The position numbers were made by a program, and so were the translations under genes. From positions 62,001 through 126,000 of the forward strand of contig CDRNVI010000015.1 of NCBI GenBank assembly GCA_977017575.1: DNA of 64,000 nucleotides, given 5' to 3'. Positions 18,806 to 30,954 of the stretch are shown here, piece after piece. The stretch is from Paramoeba atlantica. Its lineage: Eukaryota > Protista > Discosea. Position 1 is the first letter of the stretch; each line of letters begins with the position of its first letter. Below the pieces are notes generated by a model, which worked only from the letters and a program-made list of their open reading frames with translations, ran no database searches and was not told the origin of the DNA.

Positions 18806-21800
18806 CCCATATTTCAGAAGCTCTGTATAAAGGGAAGCAAGTTCTCGTGTTTGTACACGCCAGACGTCACACAGTACTGTTAGCCAGTCATATTCGCGAA
18901 ACCTTGCTTGAGAAAAAACAAGAAGGCTTATTTCAAGATGAGACCTTTCTGGATCAAATTGGTAAATGCGTGAAACGACTATCTTCTAAAGAGCTACAAG
19001 AACTCGCCCTTTATGGCATTGCTTTTCATCATGCTGGAATGCTTCGCACAGATCGCAACGCCGTTGAAGGCTTGTTTCGATCAAAAGCACTACGGGTACT
19101 GGTCTGTACTGCAACATTGGCTTGGGGTGTTAATCTACCTGCGCATACCGTAATTATCCATGGAACTGAAATTTATGATGCGCGACGAGGGGGATACGTA
19201 CATCTTTCTGCTCTTGACGTTACTCAAATATTCGGTCGGGCGGGGCGTCCACAATACGATACAACAGGGCATGGTATAATCATTACAAGTGAACGGGAAA
19301 TACATCAATACCTACGGCTGCTGGCGCATTCGCTCCCGATCGAATCAAGACTACATCGATCCCTTCCCGATCATCTCAATGCTGAAATTCATGCTGGCAC
19401 GGTTGGTAACATTCCAGAAGCTGTTCAATGGCTGGAATATACATATTTCTGGCAACGTCTTCAGAAAAATCCTTTAAGGTACGGTGTGAACATTTCTGAT
19501 CTTCGTCGGGACCGCGACTTGACAAAATATAGATATGAATTGATGTCAGGAGCGGCCAAACAACTTGCAAAGTCTCGTATGATCCGATACAGTGAAGATA
19601 CTGGCAAGGTGGACTGTACTGAAGTTGGGCGTATAGCCTCCTATCTCTACTTGAGCTATTCAAGTATAGATATTTTTAATAATCTTCTCTCTCAATTTGA
19701 ACTCGAGAACAAAGCATTTGTGGAAGAGGGAGATGTGTTCAATGTAATTGCTTGTTCAATTGAGTTTTCACAGATACGCGTACGAATTGAAGAGGAAGTT
19801 GATCTACAAAAAATGTACTCGCAGTTGCCAGCGTCTGTCCGACGAATTAGTGTACGACGTGAGAGTGCGGACGATAGCACTTCTCAGTGGAAAGTTGTGC
19901 TTCTCATGAAATGCTATATATCCAGACTAGTGCCGTCGGAGCACTCAATTGCAAGTGATATGACCTATATCACCCAAAATGCGGGACGCGTAGCTCGTGG
20001 TCTCTACGAAATAGAGGCTCACAAGGGGCATCCGCATACAGCATTACTTTTTTTCAACATTGTCAAATCATTAGAACGAAAGTGCTGGGAAGACATTGAC
20101 CATCCATTGCGGCAGTATGAAAAGGTGCCTCTGACTCAATCAGTAATTCGGTATCTCGACCAGAGGAGACCGAGCATAGAGGATTTAATCGCAATGGGTT
20201 CGAACGACATTGGAGATTTGATTCACAATCGTCGGTTAGGAGCGGTGGTAAAGCAAATGGCGTTGCACTTCCCTGCAGTTGCAGCTTCGGTTGAAGTCTT
20301 TCCTATTACGCGTACAGTTTTGCGCTTAAAGATTACTATCACGCCAAATTTTGTCTGGTCTACTCAATATCACGACGCCACAGACAACTGGTGGCTAACG
20401 GTTAGTGACGATCAATGCGAAACAATACTGCATCAAGAAACAGTTCGTTTCAATATTCATGATGTCATAAAAGCGAAATCAATGTATGTGAACTGTACTA
20501 TTCCTGTTCATCCTGAAAATGAACGTTTTCTTGTGAGCATGCATAATGAGAGATGGGTCGGTGCCTCGGAAGTTGTTCCTTTTACTTTATCCCGGCTTGT
20601 TTTACCCGACGATAAAACGATTCGCACTAAACTCTTGAAGCTTCGTCCCATTGGAGTATACGTGCTTTCATCCAGGTTACAGAAGCTCTACGATTTTGCT
20701 TTCTTTAATTCAATCCAAACTCAGTGCTTTCATGCGTTCTATCACCAAAATGACAATATCTTTCTGGGAGCTCCAACAGGTAGTGGGAAAACCGTGTGTG
20801 CTGAACTGGCTATGATACAGCTACTTCAAAGTCCTAAACTTCATCGTGGAAAAATAGTTTACATTGCCCCACTCAAGGCTCTAGTTCGAGAGCGTTTGAA
20901 AGACTGGTCAGCTCGATTCGAGAAGAAGTGTCGGTTTTCGGTCATTGAATTAACCGGTGACAAAACGCCGGACCTTGCCGCGATCCATTCAGCAGATATT
21001 ATTTGCACCACGCCTGAAAAATGGGATGGAATTACGCGGAGCTGGAAAAGTCGACAGTACACTACGGCAGTCCGACTAGTTATCTTTGACGAAATTCATA
21101 TGTTAGGAGGTGATCGAGGGCCTATTCTCGAGGTGCTTGTATCACGTCTTCGGTACATATCTTGGCATCAAAAGAGTAACATTCGACTCATTGGGTTGTC
21201 GACTGCAGTTGCTAATCCAACAGATATGGCGTTATGGTTAGGCATAGCGCGGCCGAACCAGATCTTTAATTTTGATCCGAGTGTCCGCCCGGCTCCAATG
21301 CGTTGTCACGTTGCTGGTTTCCCAGGAGTTCATTACTGTCCTAGAATGTCTAGGATGAATAAGCCGACGTATGAAGCAATAGTGGAGAAGAGCCCGACGA
21401 AGCCAGTACTTGTATTCGTTTCTTCACGAAGACAAACACGACTTACCTCAATGGCATTAATAAACCACATGTTACAAGAAGGAAAGAATACATTGTTTTT
21501 ACGCATGAATTCGAATGAGCTTCGCGCTGCAGTAGGCCGCGCACAGGACTCATACCTTCAACATGGTTTACAATTTGGCGTTGGCATGCATCACGCGGGG
21601 CTGCTTGAATCAGATCGGATTCTGGTTGAAATGCTTTTCCGAAGTGGGAAACTTCAAATTCTTGTGTGCACATCTACGTTAGCATGGGGCGTCAACTTTC
21701 CTGCATATCTAGTAGTAATTAAGGGAACCGAGTATTATGATGCAAAGACGAAATCGTATATTGACTTTCCTATCACTGATATTCTGCAAATGATGGGTCG

Positions 21801-23211
21801 TGCAGGCAGACCACAGTTTGACAAAGAAGGGATAGCGCAGATCTTTGTAGCCGAATCTAAAAAAACGTTTTACAAACGCTTCCTTTATGAACCTTTTCCT
21901 GTCGAATCATCGCTCCATGAATGCCTGTCCGTTCATTTTAATGCCGAAATAGTAGCAGGAATAATATGCACATCAGAAGACGCGGTGGATTATCTGACTT
22001 GGACCTACCTTTTCCGTAGATTACTGAGAAATCCTAGATATTATGGACTGCAGGAATCTAATCCGGAGAACGTAACGAATTACTTGGCTGACCTGGTTAG
22101 ATCAATATTCAATGAGCTGGAAAACTCTTTTTGTATCTGCATGGCAGATTCCACCGAACAGGCTCCGTCTCGGTATACTCTTGCGCATGTGTCGCCTACA
22201 TTGCTAGGCAAGCTGTGCAGTTATTATTATTTGCATTATCGAACGGGTTCATTATTTGAAACAAATTGCCAGGCTGACACATCCCGAATGTCAATAATAG
22301 AAATCGTTTCAAAGTCTGAAGAATTTAAGGATTTTCCTTTGCGCCACAATGAAGATGCACGCAACGCTGAACTAGCGGAAGCAATGAATCTTACTAAAGA
22401 AAACTGCGCCTATGATTCTCCTCACATGAAAGTATACTTACTTTTATTAGCTCATATTCAACGAATAACGTTACCAATTGCCGACTATTATACGGATACC
22501 CGAACTATGTTGGAGAATTTGGTGCGCATCATGCAGGCTATGGTAGATATTTGTGCGAAAAATGGTCTTTTATTCACAGCAATACGCGTGATGAACATAA
22601 TGCAAAGCGTCGTACAAGCACAGACATGGAAAAGTAGCAGCCTATTACAAGTTCCACATATTAAAAAGGAAATTTTATCGAATTTAAAGGTAGAAGGCAT
22701 TACAGAAATATGTCAGCTTGCCAACGGTACTTCAGCTGAAAAACGGATCGTTCGCTCCATTTTGTCAAAAAGAACCTACAAACTATCATCTGAACAAATA
22801 GATGAAAGTATGGAAGTCATAAACCGTCTCCCTCTGCTGGAGGTGTTTCTTAAGAGTGATACTCAAGTGGACGATGGAGTATGCACCGTTACCTTAGACG
22901 TTACCCTTTTTCGTTTAACTCCTACACATCCCCACGTACATGCTCCGCACTATCCTCGAAAGAAGGATGAACAATTTTGGGCTATTGTTGGGTGTGATCA
23001 AACGGGCGAACTTATTGCTCTGAAGCATGTTCATCGAATACGGCGGCGGCGTCACTTTCAACTTGTCTTTGATTGGGATGAGAGTTGGGATCAAACTTTT
23101 GTTATTGGGGATGAGCTAATTCACAAATATAGACTGTATTTCTATCTTATTTCAGACTCCTACATTGGACTGGACTTGCAATACGGTTTCGAAGTGACAC
23201 GTCTTTCGTAG
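18801..23211 (+). CDS. ASCC3: ASCC3 helicase, 3' part (rest of cassette 1, Sec63, full cassette 2, Sec63)
   Basis: QVLVFVHAR, HHAGML, TLAWGVNLPA, GAPTGSGKT, FDEIHML and HYCPRMSRMNKP...KPVLVFVSSRRQTRLT (ASCC3-type rather than Brr2); no stops over 4.4 kb. Confidence 0.9.
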
Positions 23212-23429
23212 TTACTTAAGTATCCGCTGAGATCATCTCAAAAGTTTCACTATACCCTCCACTTACTTGTATTTATCAGTTTTTTGAGTCGGCAGCCGCC
23301 ACACGACGGTCTTCTCGGAATTCAATTTCCCCCTGTCCATGTGTGGCAAAGTAGTGCGAAGTGCTTTTTTAACTCATAGATTAAAATCTTAAACATTAAA
23401 TGTCATAACAAATATCAAGTGCGCAGTGT

Positions 23430-24308
23430 ATGTCCTTAAAAATATGGAACCTTGGTCAAATTGACTACGTACGCACTTACAGGTTACAAAAAATTCTAAC
23501 TCGTTATCGCAAGCGACCCTACAATGAATTAGGCGACGAATTGAAGCAACTCAGTGTAGTATCTTCATCTTTTAGCCTTCCCCCACCTGATACCGATATT
23601 CTGCTTTTATGCGAGCACAACCCCGGTGTCTACACTACAGGAAAACGAGATCGTTCTTCGGATCTAGAAAAGGCGGGGTGCTTCATACCTACACGTGAAC
23701 TAAATCAAATCCATCACGCATCTGAATACGATGACCTGTCATGCATTGGACACATCTCACTTCATAAAAATGCACCGACTCCCGTGCTTCGCACTGCCAG
23801 AGGGGGTGGGGCATGTTATCACGGTTCAGGACAGCTTATGGCGTACCACATAGCGAATATACAAAGTCTACATTCCAAGTGTAGGGAAAGGCATACCCAG
23901 GCGAGCCCACTGCGATGGTACATAAATAGTCTTGAGGACGTTATCATTGAAGTCGGAAAGAGGTATGAAGTTGATCATTTTCTGTCTCGCCGCAAGGAGA
24001 CAGCTGGGCTATGGAGCCCCTGGGGCAAAGTTGCGTTTATGGGACTTCAACTCTCGCAGTGGGTCTCAATGCATGGACTTAGTCTGAATGTTACGGTGGA
24101 GTGCGAACGACCGCTGTCTTTGATTACGTTTTGTGAGCAGCAGGATAATGTTCCGTGCTCCATCGAGTCCTTGTTAAGGCATAAAGATGGTGTAGCGCAC
24201 TGTCCTCCCACTGTATCACACTCAATGTCAGTTTTTTGCAAGGCGTTTGTAAGAAATTTCGGCTACCAAGTAGAAATGTGGAATTTAGAGTCAACGCATT
24301 TGTGGTGA
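23430..24308 (+). CDS. lipB: Octanoyltransferase (lipoate-protein ligase B)
   Basis: LLLCEHNPGVYTTGKR, RGGGACYHGSGQL and KVAFMGLQLSQWVSMHGLSLNV motifs. Confidence 0.9.
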   Translation: MSLKIWNLGQIDYVRTYRLQKILTRYRKRPYNELGDELKQLSVVSSSFSLPPPDTDILLLCEHNPGVYTTGKRDRSSDLEKAGCFIPTRELNQIHHASEYDDLSCIGHISLHKNAPTPVLRTARGGGACYHGSGQLMAYHIANIQSLHSKCRERHTQASPLRWYINSLEDVIIEVGKRYEVDHFLSRRKETAGLWSPWGKVAFMGLQLSQWVSMHGLSLNVTVECERPLSLITFCEQQDNVPCSIESLLRHKDGVAHCPPTVSHSMSVFCKAFVRNFGYQVEMWNLESTHLW

Positions 24309-24696
24309 TTGACCTTTAAATGAAGAACTTTCAGGGATATTGTGAGAAATTACACGTAGACCCGTGCGTATTACTCCACTTTCCACTGTATACCCATGGA
24401 TAGACGAATATTGCGTTGAAGTGAGACAGTGCTGGTTTTTTTCATTGGGCGGACAAAACTTCATGCCCTATGACGTCGCATATGAAACACTTGAGAGTGG
24501 GGTACTTCGACATAGACTTGAGAATCCGATAGTATCCTCAAGAATAGTTCCTTTCTGCCTGGAATTGTGACCGACGAAATCATATTTCTTTCTCCTTCGT
24601 TTTCTTGTCTGTTCATAGTCTTTAAATGGTGAGATAAACTAAAAGTTTAAAAGATAAACTAAAAGATGGAAATTTTATTTGTTATTATTTGTTTAT

Positions 24697-24877
24697 TACT
24701 ATCCCCCGTATTACTATCCTAGCGTTGCCTGGTTTTGGGAAAAAGCAACGCTAGGAGGGGGGGTCCAAAAACAAATCGCCGCTTCGCGGCAAGAGAGTCT
24801 TGAAGAGACAGTCTAAAAAGCAACGCTAATGAGGGGGGGGGGGTACTGAGGCAACGCTAGGATAGGGGGGGATAGTA
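24697..24877. mobile_element. MITE-like TIR element, family B copy 1, TA-flanked
   Basis: Outer arms TACTATCCCCC / GGGGGATAGTA; inner perfect 16-bp arms CTATCCTAGCGTTGCC (24714-29) / GGCAACGCTAGGATAG (24850-65); second copy at 63720. Confidence 0.8.
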
Positions 24878-25169
24878 TCTGGTTCGACGAGCGAGTAATG
24901 CATTCATTCGAAGCAAAATGTAGTTTTTTGCGCACTCATGCTTGCATTTTTGAAGCGACCCCCTCACTTACGCTTCCAAACAACTCAATTTCTTCAAATT
25001 TTCGGAGTTTAGATCTAACTATATTCAATATTTGAAATAACTCCCACTTATATTTTTGTTTGGCCGAAACCCAGGGCACCGCTAAACACGCTATAGGCGT
25101 TTCTTATTTTTTTCTTCGTTTATTTTTTATTTTGCTCATCACAAAAAGTATGGTAAACGATATACTATC

Positions 25170-25865
25170 ATGGCATACCTAAACACATGTAGTTCTCACT
25201 CTGTGAGGGGTTCCGATGAACCGCAAGCGGTGCGACGTGGACGGGTTGAACGCAACATTCTCCCCCAAGAGTACGAACTTGCAAGCTTGATTCGCGATGT
25301 GCAGAACCCGGATCCTAGCTGGACGACGCACACCAAGGCGTGTGACTGGCGAGGGATTACGTGTGAGGAAGCTTCTCCTGCAAATCTTCAAGTCACTGGG
25401 GTGAAGTGGCGTGGATACGGTCTGAAAGGGACGATTCATTGGCCTAGCATACCCATCACTACGCGGTCATTTGATCTTAGCTCCAGTTTCGTAACGTTTC
25501 AATTTAATCGACTCGAGGGGGAGGTGGACTTGACGGTACTACCGCACGAACTGCAAGTGCTTGAGCTTTATTACTGTCAGTTTAGTGGGACAGTAAATCT
25601 TACCGATTTACCCTTAGAGCTTATCGATCTGGATCTGCGCGGAAACAAATTTATCGGGGAAGTTGACTTCACGCGACTGCCACCTAAATTAAAAGTTCTT
25701 CGTTTGTGCTACAATAAGTTCAAGGGTGAGGCCGATTTTCGCGATCTCCCGCCGACCATTGATGTGCTCTCGATCTTTCAAACCGAGCTGGAACCACTAA
25801 AGGGATTCGTCCCGGACTGTGTTCAAAGGACCATCTCATACCGTAGTACCGTAGTACCGCAGTAA
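25170..25865 (+). CDS. Leucine-rich repeat protein
   Basis: CDWRGITC cap followed by repeats of the form LxLxxNxFxGxVDLTxLP. Confidence 0.85.
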   Translation: MAYLNTCSSHSVRGSDEPQAVRRGRVERNILPQEYELASLIRDVQNPDPSWTTHTKACDWRGITCEEASPANLQVTGVKWRGYGLKGTIHWPSIPITTRSFDLSSSFVTFQFNRLEGEVDLTVLPHELQVLELYYCQFSGTVNLTDLPLELIDLDLRGNKFIGEVDFTRLPPKLKVLRLCYNKFKGEADFRDLPPTIDVLSIFQTELEPLKGFVPDCVQRTISYRSTVVPQ

Positions 25866-26112
25866 AGTACATTTCACTGAGTTGGGTAAATGCTCTAACT
25901 CCTATTACATTGTGGCATAATTTTACAGATCATATTTTTAAATCACGCGAAAGTAAGGAAGATTAGCTGGTTTTTTGAAATCGTCTCAATCGCTTTTTGT
26001 ATTATCTCTTTGCATAGAAAGCATTTAAGTTTGTCACGTTACGAAAATTTGGCGAAGCCTCCAACTTTTGTGCTTATTTTATTGCTTATTATACATTTCG
26101 CTTTTTAGAGGA

Positions 26113-27813
26113 ATGGATGGGGCTCCAAATCCTTTTCGGGAAAACCGTCTTCCACCACCCCCAAATGGTACAATAACATTAGGAGAAGTTGGAGGCGTAT
26201 TATATCAAACATCAGCTACGGACTCCAGAGATTCACAACTCATCACTTTTAAGCAAAATCGAGGACGATACTTTCCCTTGTTGCACTGCTCTTTCGATCT
26301 GTTGAGCACAGTTCACAAACTTTCGAAAACGACTTCCTGCACAGTAAATGACAATAGAAGCTTACCCAACATTTTTGATGGTACCAGTATTTTTGACTTC
26401 AATAAAGCGCTTTGTAGGAATATGCAAGCGATAACGAACAGTGCGCTACTGAAGCTACGCCATGCGGCAGATACTTCCCTGCTGTTCTCACCCCTTCATT
26501 TCTTTCTCAGGCCTGTGCTTCCCCCTGACGTCGAGCGTGGCATCTATCAATCTAATAAGACGAAGCAACTTCGATCTGGTCCGACACGAGTGGTGAAGTC
26601 AATTGCGTGGCACTCCTCCGGTATTTTGGCAGTATTGGTAAATTCGTTGCCTGATACGGACACAGATAATGGAGCCGTCTCGAATCGAAGCTCTAGTACA
26701 CCATGTACCGTGTTACTTGTGTCTCTGGATGACTTATCCGCGGAAGCCAGAGGTATTTCTGCAATCTCGATGGGGGATGACAAAATTTCGACGGGCGATC
26801 TTTCTTCTCGCGAACTCGTGCATGAATTTCAAACCGGGTGCCACGCTCTGGCTTGGGTTCCGGACAGCACCCCCGTACTTGCGGTAAGTTGCCGCGGCGG
26901 TATATTACTGTGGTCCACAGAGCTCAACTTATCCCACCTCGTCCCCGGGGCTATGCCCGCTCCCCGTACCTCATCCCACGCTTCACATTTCACCGCGAGT
27001 GGGGTTGCCGTATTCTACGCGTTCCCCGACACCCACGCTGAGATTTCAGTTCTGAGCTTTACACCCCAGGGTGGGCGGTACCTCGCTGCGGCCAGTGCGT
27101 CGAGCTGCACAACCGTTATTTACGACATCTCCCATGCCCCGTGTAGTGCTGGGGCGATGGTGCGTAGTCTCCGTACCTTACGTGGGGCCCCGCACAGTTT
27201 GTCATGGTCCCCCGAGGGTACGCTATTCGCGATGGGATTTACCCACCGAGCGGAGCTCCTGGTGTATCAAACCAACAAGTGGTGCTCCACTTCGTACGCT
27301 TTTCCCGGGGCAGTTCGTAAACTGCAGTGGGCGGTGTTCGACGATGGTCGGACAACATTACTCGTGTCCTGTACCAGCAGCAGCGCCTTGTATTTTCTAA
27401 GTTTTCCGAAACCAGTGTCCAATGCCGGGGTGATTACTAAAGTGATTTCCTGTGATCCGTACATTGCGCGAGATCGGATCTCCGGAAAGCCATGTTACGT
27501 TGGAGCGGATCTGTCTTCGACAGTTCCCGAAAGATCGCACCAAGCGTGCCTTTTGGCGTGGTCACTGTCGAGGTCGCTGCAGAGACTGTGTGTGGGGTTA
27601 GAGGATGGTCATATTGAGGCATTTCGGCACGATGGAGCACGAGGGTTTTCTCCGATTGGTGTGATTCGGGCTCACCCCGATGTACCGGGGGGAGTTCGTA
27701 TTCAACAAATGGAATTTGTAAGCACAGACTGGGGAGAAGTGCTCTCTGTATTGTGGGATGACAGTTCCATCACATTTACGTCCTTCATGATGCGTCACGG
27801 CAGTGGTTATTAG
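26113..27813 (+). CDS. AAAS: ALADIN-like WD40 nucleoporin
   Basis: SIAWH and LVHEFQTGCHALAWVP...LAVSCRGGILLWS resemble ALADIN; several WD-like repeats. First ATG is 26113. Confidence 0.7.
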   Translation: MDGAPNPFRENRLPPPPNGTITLGEVGGVLYQTSATDSRDSQLITFKQNRGRYFPLLHCSFDLLSTVHKLSKTTSCTVNDNRSLPNIFDGTSIFDFNKALCRNMQAITNSALLKLRHAADTSLLFSPLHFFLRPVLPPDVERGIYQSNKTKQLRSGPTRVVKSIAWHSSGILAVLVNSLPDTDTDNGAVSNRSSSTPCTVLLVSLDDLSAEARGISAISMGDDKISTGDLSSRELVHEFQTGCHALAWVPDSTPVLAVSCRGGILLWSTELNLSHLVPGAMPAPRTSSHASHFTASGVAVFYAFPDTHAEISVLSFTPQGGRYLAAASASSCTTVIYDISHAPCSAGAMVRSLRTLRGAPHSLSWSPEGTLFAMGFTHRAELLVYQTNKWCSTSYAFPGAVRKLQWAVFDDGRTTLLVSCTSSSALYFLSFPKPVSNAGVITKVISCDPYIARDRISGKPCYVGADLSSTVPERSHQACLLAWSLSRSLQRLCVGLEDGHIEAFRHDGARGFSPIGVIRAHPDVPGGVRIQQMEFVSTDWGEVLSVLWDDSSITFTSFMMRHGSGY

Positions 27814-28068
27814 GATTGTAGTTTCAGGTCTGCGCTTGAAGTAGCGTAGTAGGTTTTGACAACATTGTCATTCTTTAGATGGTCCACCCTTTATTTAGAA
27901 AAACGTGGAGTCCGTTTATGTCAACCGATAAATTATATTTCGAGGTCGTTTAGCGCACATATGTTCTTGGATATAACTATACGACTTCAAAGTTTGACTA
28001 TCAATTTCAGCAGCTAGATATTTTGCAAGTGAAACGCTCAGTAGGATATTAAAAGGAAACTACACTTC

Positions 28069-29619
28069 ATGTTCAAGAGGAATTTCGTTCCCCAATTTTT
28101 CGACCGATTTCTAAATATTCCCCGGCGAGCATATTGTTCAAAGACATCGTGCAGTACCCAGCCTCTAGCTAATGCAGAAGCAAGTACTGTCTTGTCTAAG
28201 GGTGGTGGCAGCTCCAAGGCAATGCATACGTGTATACCAACGTGGCTTACGGAAATGATTGAAGCATCGAAAAAGCTAAAGCGAGACATGAGAAGTCAAG
28301 ACTTGCACTTTTACGATACATCTGAATGGCAAAGAAGGGCTCACTCGTTTGACAATGAAGTGTGGGATCCCAATAACATGACAATGGTTGCCAAACAGCG
28401 ACTATGTTTGGGACAGCCCCATAAAGAATACACGCTGATTGGAGAGATTTTTAGTTTTCCCGATCAGGAGGATAATCCTGTAGTCAACAATCCTGGTAGA
28501 CCTGCAAAGCTTTGGTGGGACCACTCCAGTCCGACCCAAAAAGTTCTAGTTCAATTATCGGATCATTTTCCACCTTTGTTGTGGCCCGGAGTGATTCCCC
28601 AGTGCGAGTCACTTCTAAATTTATTCACAGAGTTTCTTGACATTGACGCTAAGCACATGAAGCTTAACATCGATGAATATGAATCCAAACAAAAGTCCTA
28701 TGAAGAGCAGCTTGGTACCTCGATTAGTTTTGAGACTAGCAACAAGCATCAGCTACGAGATCTTTTTATGAGAGACCTACGAAACAAGGACCCCGCTGAC
28801 TTTCGTCTGGATTGGGAGAAGGACTTCAGCATGTATTTAGGCACAGCAGATAATTTTCGAGTTATAGAAGAAAGGTGGAAAAGAAATCCCTTCTGTTTTG
28901 GATGGCCGCTCATGCTCTCCGATGGAAATCATTATATGGAAAATCAGCCCCTGCATTGTTGTGCGTTTCGCACGATAATGAGCAAATCTATTCTATCCTT
29001 CCAATCGCGAGTAGATTTACAACTGGAATCTCTTGCCACTTTGCGATCGACGCAAAACAACGATGAAGAAAATCCGTCAGATATTCTTCTAGAGGTCCCA
29101 GTTTTAGCTCACATTAACTACCAACAAAATAGGAGGCTGTGTGGGGGTCCGAAGTTTGTTCAACGATACAACAAGATTATGGGAACTGATTTTCCAGAGG
29201 ACACTCCCGTTGATGTGCTAGCTGCTCTTTGTCGGGAGGTTATCTGTAAATCTCCACGAGACGTATACAAAGAAGTAGAGTTTCTTGCGAAGTTGCTGGA
29301 GAAGGGAGTGCAGCCAGATCGAACTCCGCGACTCCCTACCGTCCTTCACAGTACCACGAAACTTGTTGGTCAAATAAGCTACAACGTGGTTTATCTCGCA
29401 TGTATGGAGTACGATAGATGGGTAGAGGACATTTACAAGAAGTTTTCTTCGCATCCTGAGCCAGTGCTACGAATAGCCCTCGCAAAAGGTGCATCCATAG
29501 TTATGAGACCCGACCTTGTAGAAGAAATGATACAGCTCGAGAAAGATGACGAAGTACAAGCATCTATGAAAAAGTTGATAGACATGGGTAAAAGTAATAC
29601 GGAAGCCAACAGGAAATGA
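28069..29619 (+). CDS. Hypothetical protein, possibly mitochondrial
   Basis: 516-aa ORF; N-terminus MFKRNF...IPRRAYCS resembles a presequence; no family recognised. Confidence 0.65.
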   Translation: MFKRNFVPQFFDRFLNIPRRAYCSKTSCSTQPLANAEASTVLSKGGGSSKAMHTCIPTWLTEMIEASKKLKRDMRSQDLHFYDTSEWQRRAHSFDNEVWDPNNMTMVAKQRLCLGQPHKEYTLIGEIFSFPDQEDNPVVNNPGRPAKLWWDHSSPTQKVLVQLSDHFPPLLWPGVIPQCESLLNLFTEFLDIDAKHMKLNIDEYESKQKSYEEQLGTSISFETSNKHQLRDLFMRDLRNKDPADFRLDWEKDFSMYLGTADNFRVIEERWKRNPFCFGWPLMLSDGNHYMENQPLHCCAFRTIMSKSILSFQSRVDLQLESLATLRSTQNNDEENPSDILLEVPVLAHINYQQNRRLCGGPKFVQRYNKIMGTDFPEDTPVDVLAALCREVICKSPRDVYKEVEFLAKLLEKGVQPDRTPRLPTVLHSTTKLVGQISYNVVYLACMEYDRWVEDIYKKFSSHPEPVLRIALAKGASIVMRPDLVEEMIQLEKDDEVQASMKKLIDMGKSNTEANRK

Positions 29620-30009
29620 CACTATTTTTAGAAAATTACTTTTGCAACTAACTAAAGTAATCGTTCTCTAGTTTTATATGGGCAGTAATCTCACATTCCC
29701 TGGTTTGCAGTGGTGTTTTTTTTCACTGAACCTTTCACATTTCTTTAAGTAATTATAAGTTATGTATTTTGAGAGAGCATGATCGATTGTTAGAATATCC
29801 GATGATTACATCCTTTCACTGTAGATCAACCATGCTTTACACAAGTGCCCATAAAGTATCTGTGAGTGCATTGCAGTATGTAAATAAGCGAGATCTGAGG
29901 TAGCTCCTTTATCTATTGTACTACAATTACTTCCATCAGATCACAATATCGACCGCTCGATCACCTGTGTTACATAATCGTCGTATCGTAGGTAGTTGTA
30001 GTCATTCTT

Positions 30010-30954
30010 ATGGGAGCGGCACATTCGCATGAAATATCGCCCCTTTCCTTGGCTGCGATCCGTGCCACGACTCTTGCTCTGCCCTGTAGTCACGATGAAG
30101 CTAAACGACCGTGGCAGCCGGAGGACTCACAATCTTCGTTTTGCCGTCTTCGCCAGGCGTATCTGGGGCTTGACTTTCGTTCTCTTTACAGCCACACACG
30201 GTCCTGGGTAGTAAAGTCGTGCGCCAGGGGACACCAACAAGACGCGTCGAGAGCTGATACAGTTTGTTCCCTGCTAGCGAATTGCATACCCACACATTCC
30301 CGGACATGTAGAAAAATTCTACAATCTCAAGAATATTTGGGTTTGTCGGCGTTCGTAAAATTCCCTTGTCAACTCACCATCGAAAGGGAGGCAAGACGAT
30401 TATCAATTGATTCCTTAGTTGCAACTCATCGCATGAACCGTGAAATAAATAAAAAACAAAAGAGAACGGACCTTGCCTCCTGTCGTAGCACAGGGTCCAG
30501 CCCCACTGAGCCTGTTTCCTCTATGACATCATTGCTTCCACCGACTCAACATTCATATTTTGATATTCATGACACACGTAACCCGCCCACCTTGTTGGGA
30601 GCACAGGAATTGTTTCATCATGGAAATCCACTTATTAAAGGGGTTCGCGCCACGTCTTCGTGTCGGGAACGTGGTTCCTGTGGTTCGACTAATAAGGCGC
30701 TCGGAGGTATCAAGAAAGCCAATAAGCTCGACTCCTACTTTACACAAGGATTTGGTACAAGGGAAAGCCATCAAATTCAAACCAGCTTGACTGCATCAGA
30801 ACAATTAAGGACGAATCTGGTCGTCCAGAAATTAACAGCGAGCAGATTGGCTATGGTTGGTTCATCCAGTAAAACATTGAGAATTCAAACCTGGATCACA
30901 GAAGTCAGTAAAAGTTGCCCTACCACCGCGGTAACAGATGTTCCGCCTTTATAA
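30010..30954 (+). CDS. Hypothetical protein with N-myristoylation-like start
   Basis: 314-aa ORF starting MGAAHS (MGxxxS). Confidence 0.55.
   Translation: MGAAHSHEISPLSLAAIRATTLALPCSHDEAKRPWQPEDSQSSFCRLRQAYLGLDFRSLYSHTRSWVVKSCARGHQQDASRADTVCSLLANCIPTHSRTCRKILQSQEYLGLSAFVKFPCQLTIEREARRLSIDSLVATHRMNREINKKQKRTDLASCRSTGSSPTEPVSSMTSLLPPTQHSYFDIHDTRNPPTLLGAQELFHHGNPLIKGVRATSSCRERGSCGSTNKALGGIKKANKLDSYFTQGFGTRESHQIQTSLTASEQLRTNLVVQKLTASRLAMVGSSSKTLRIQTWITEVSKSCPTTAVTDVPPL

Noticed and set aside
18374-18883. 169-aa ORF (and antisense 133-aa ORF) spanning the ASCC3 insert
   Set aside because: GTG start, no transposase, RT or recombinase motif; expected by chance in GC-rich sequence.
24364-24570. Short intergenic ORFs (also 6394-6588, 31034-31237, 53533-53742)
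   Set aside because: Under 70 aa, often non-ATG starts, no recognisable motifs.
29780-29900. Possible C/D snoRNA (ATGATTA...CTGA); similar ATGATGA at 8813
   Set aside because: Boxes are imperfect, and no terminal stem or guide target could be verified by eye.
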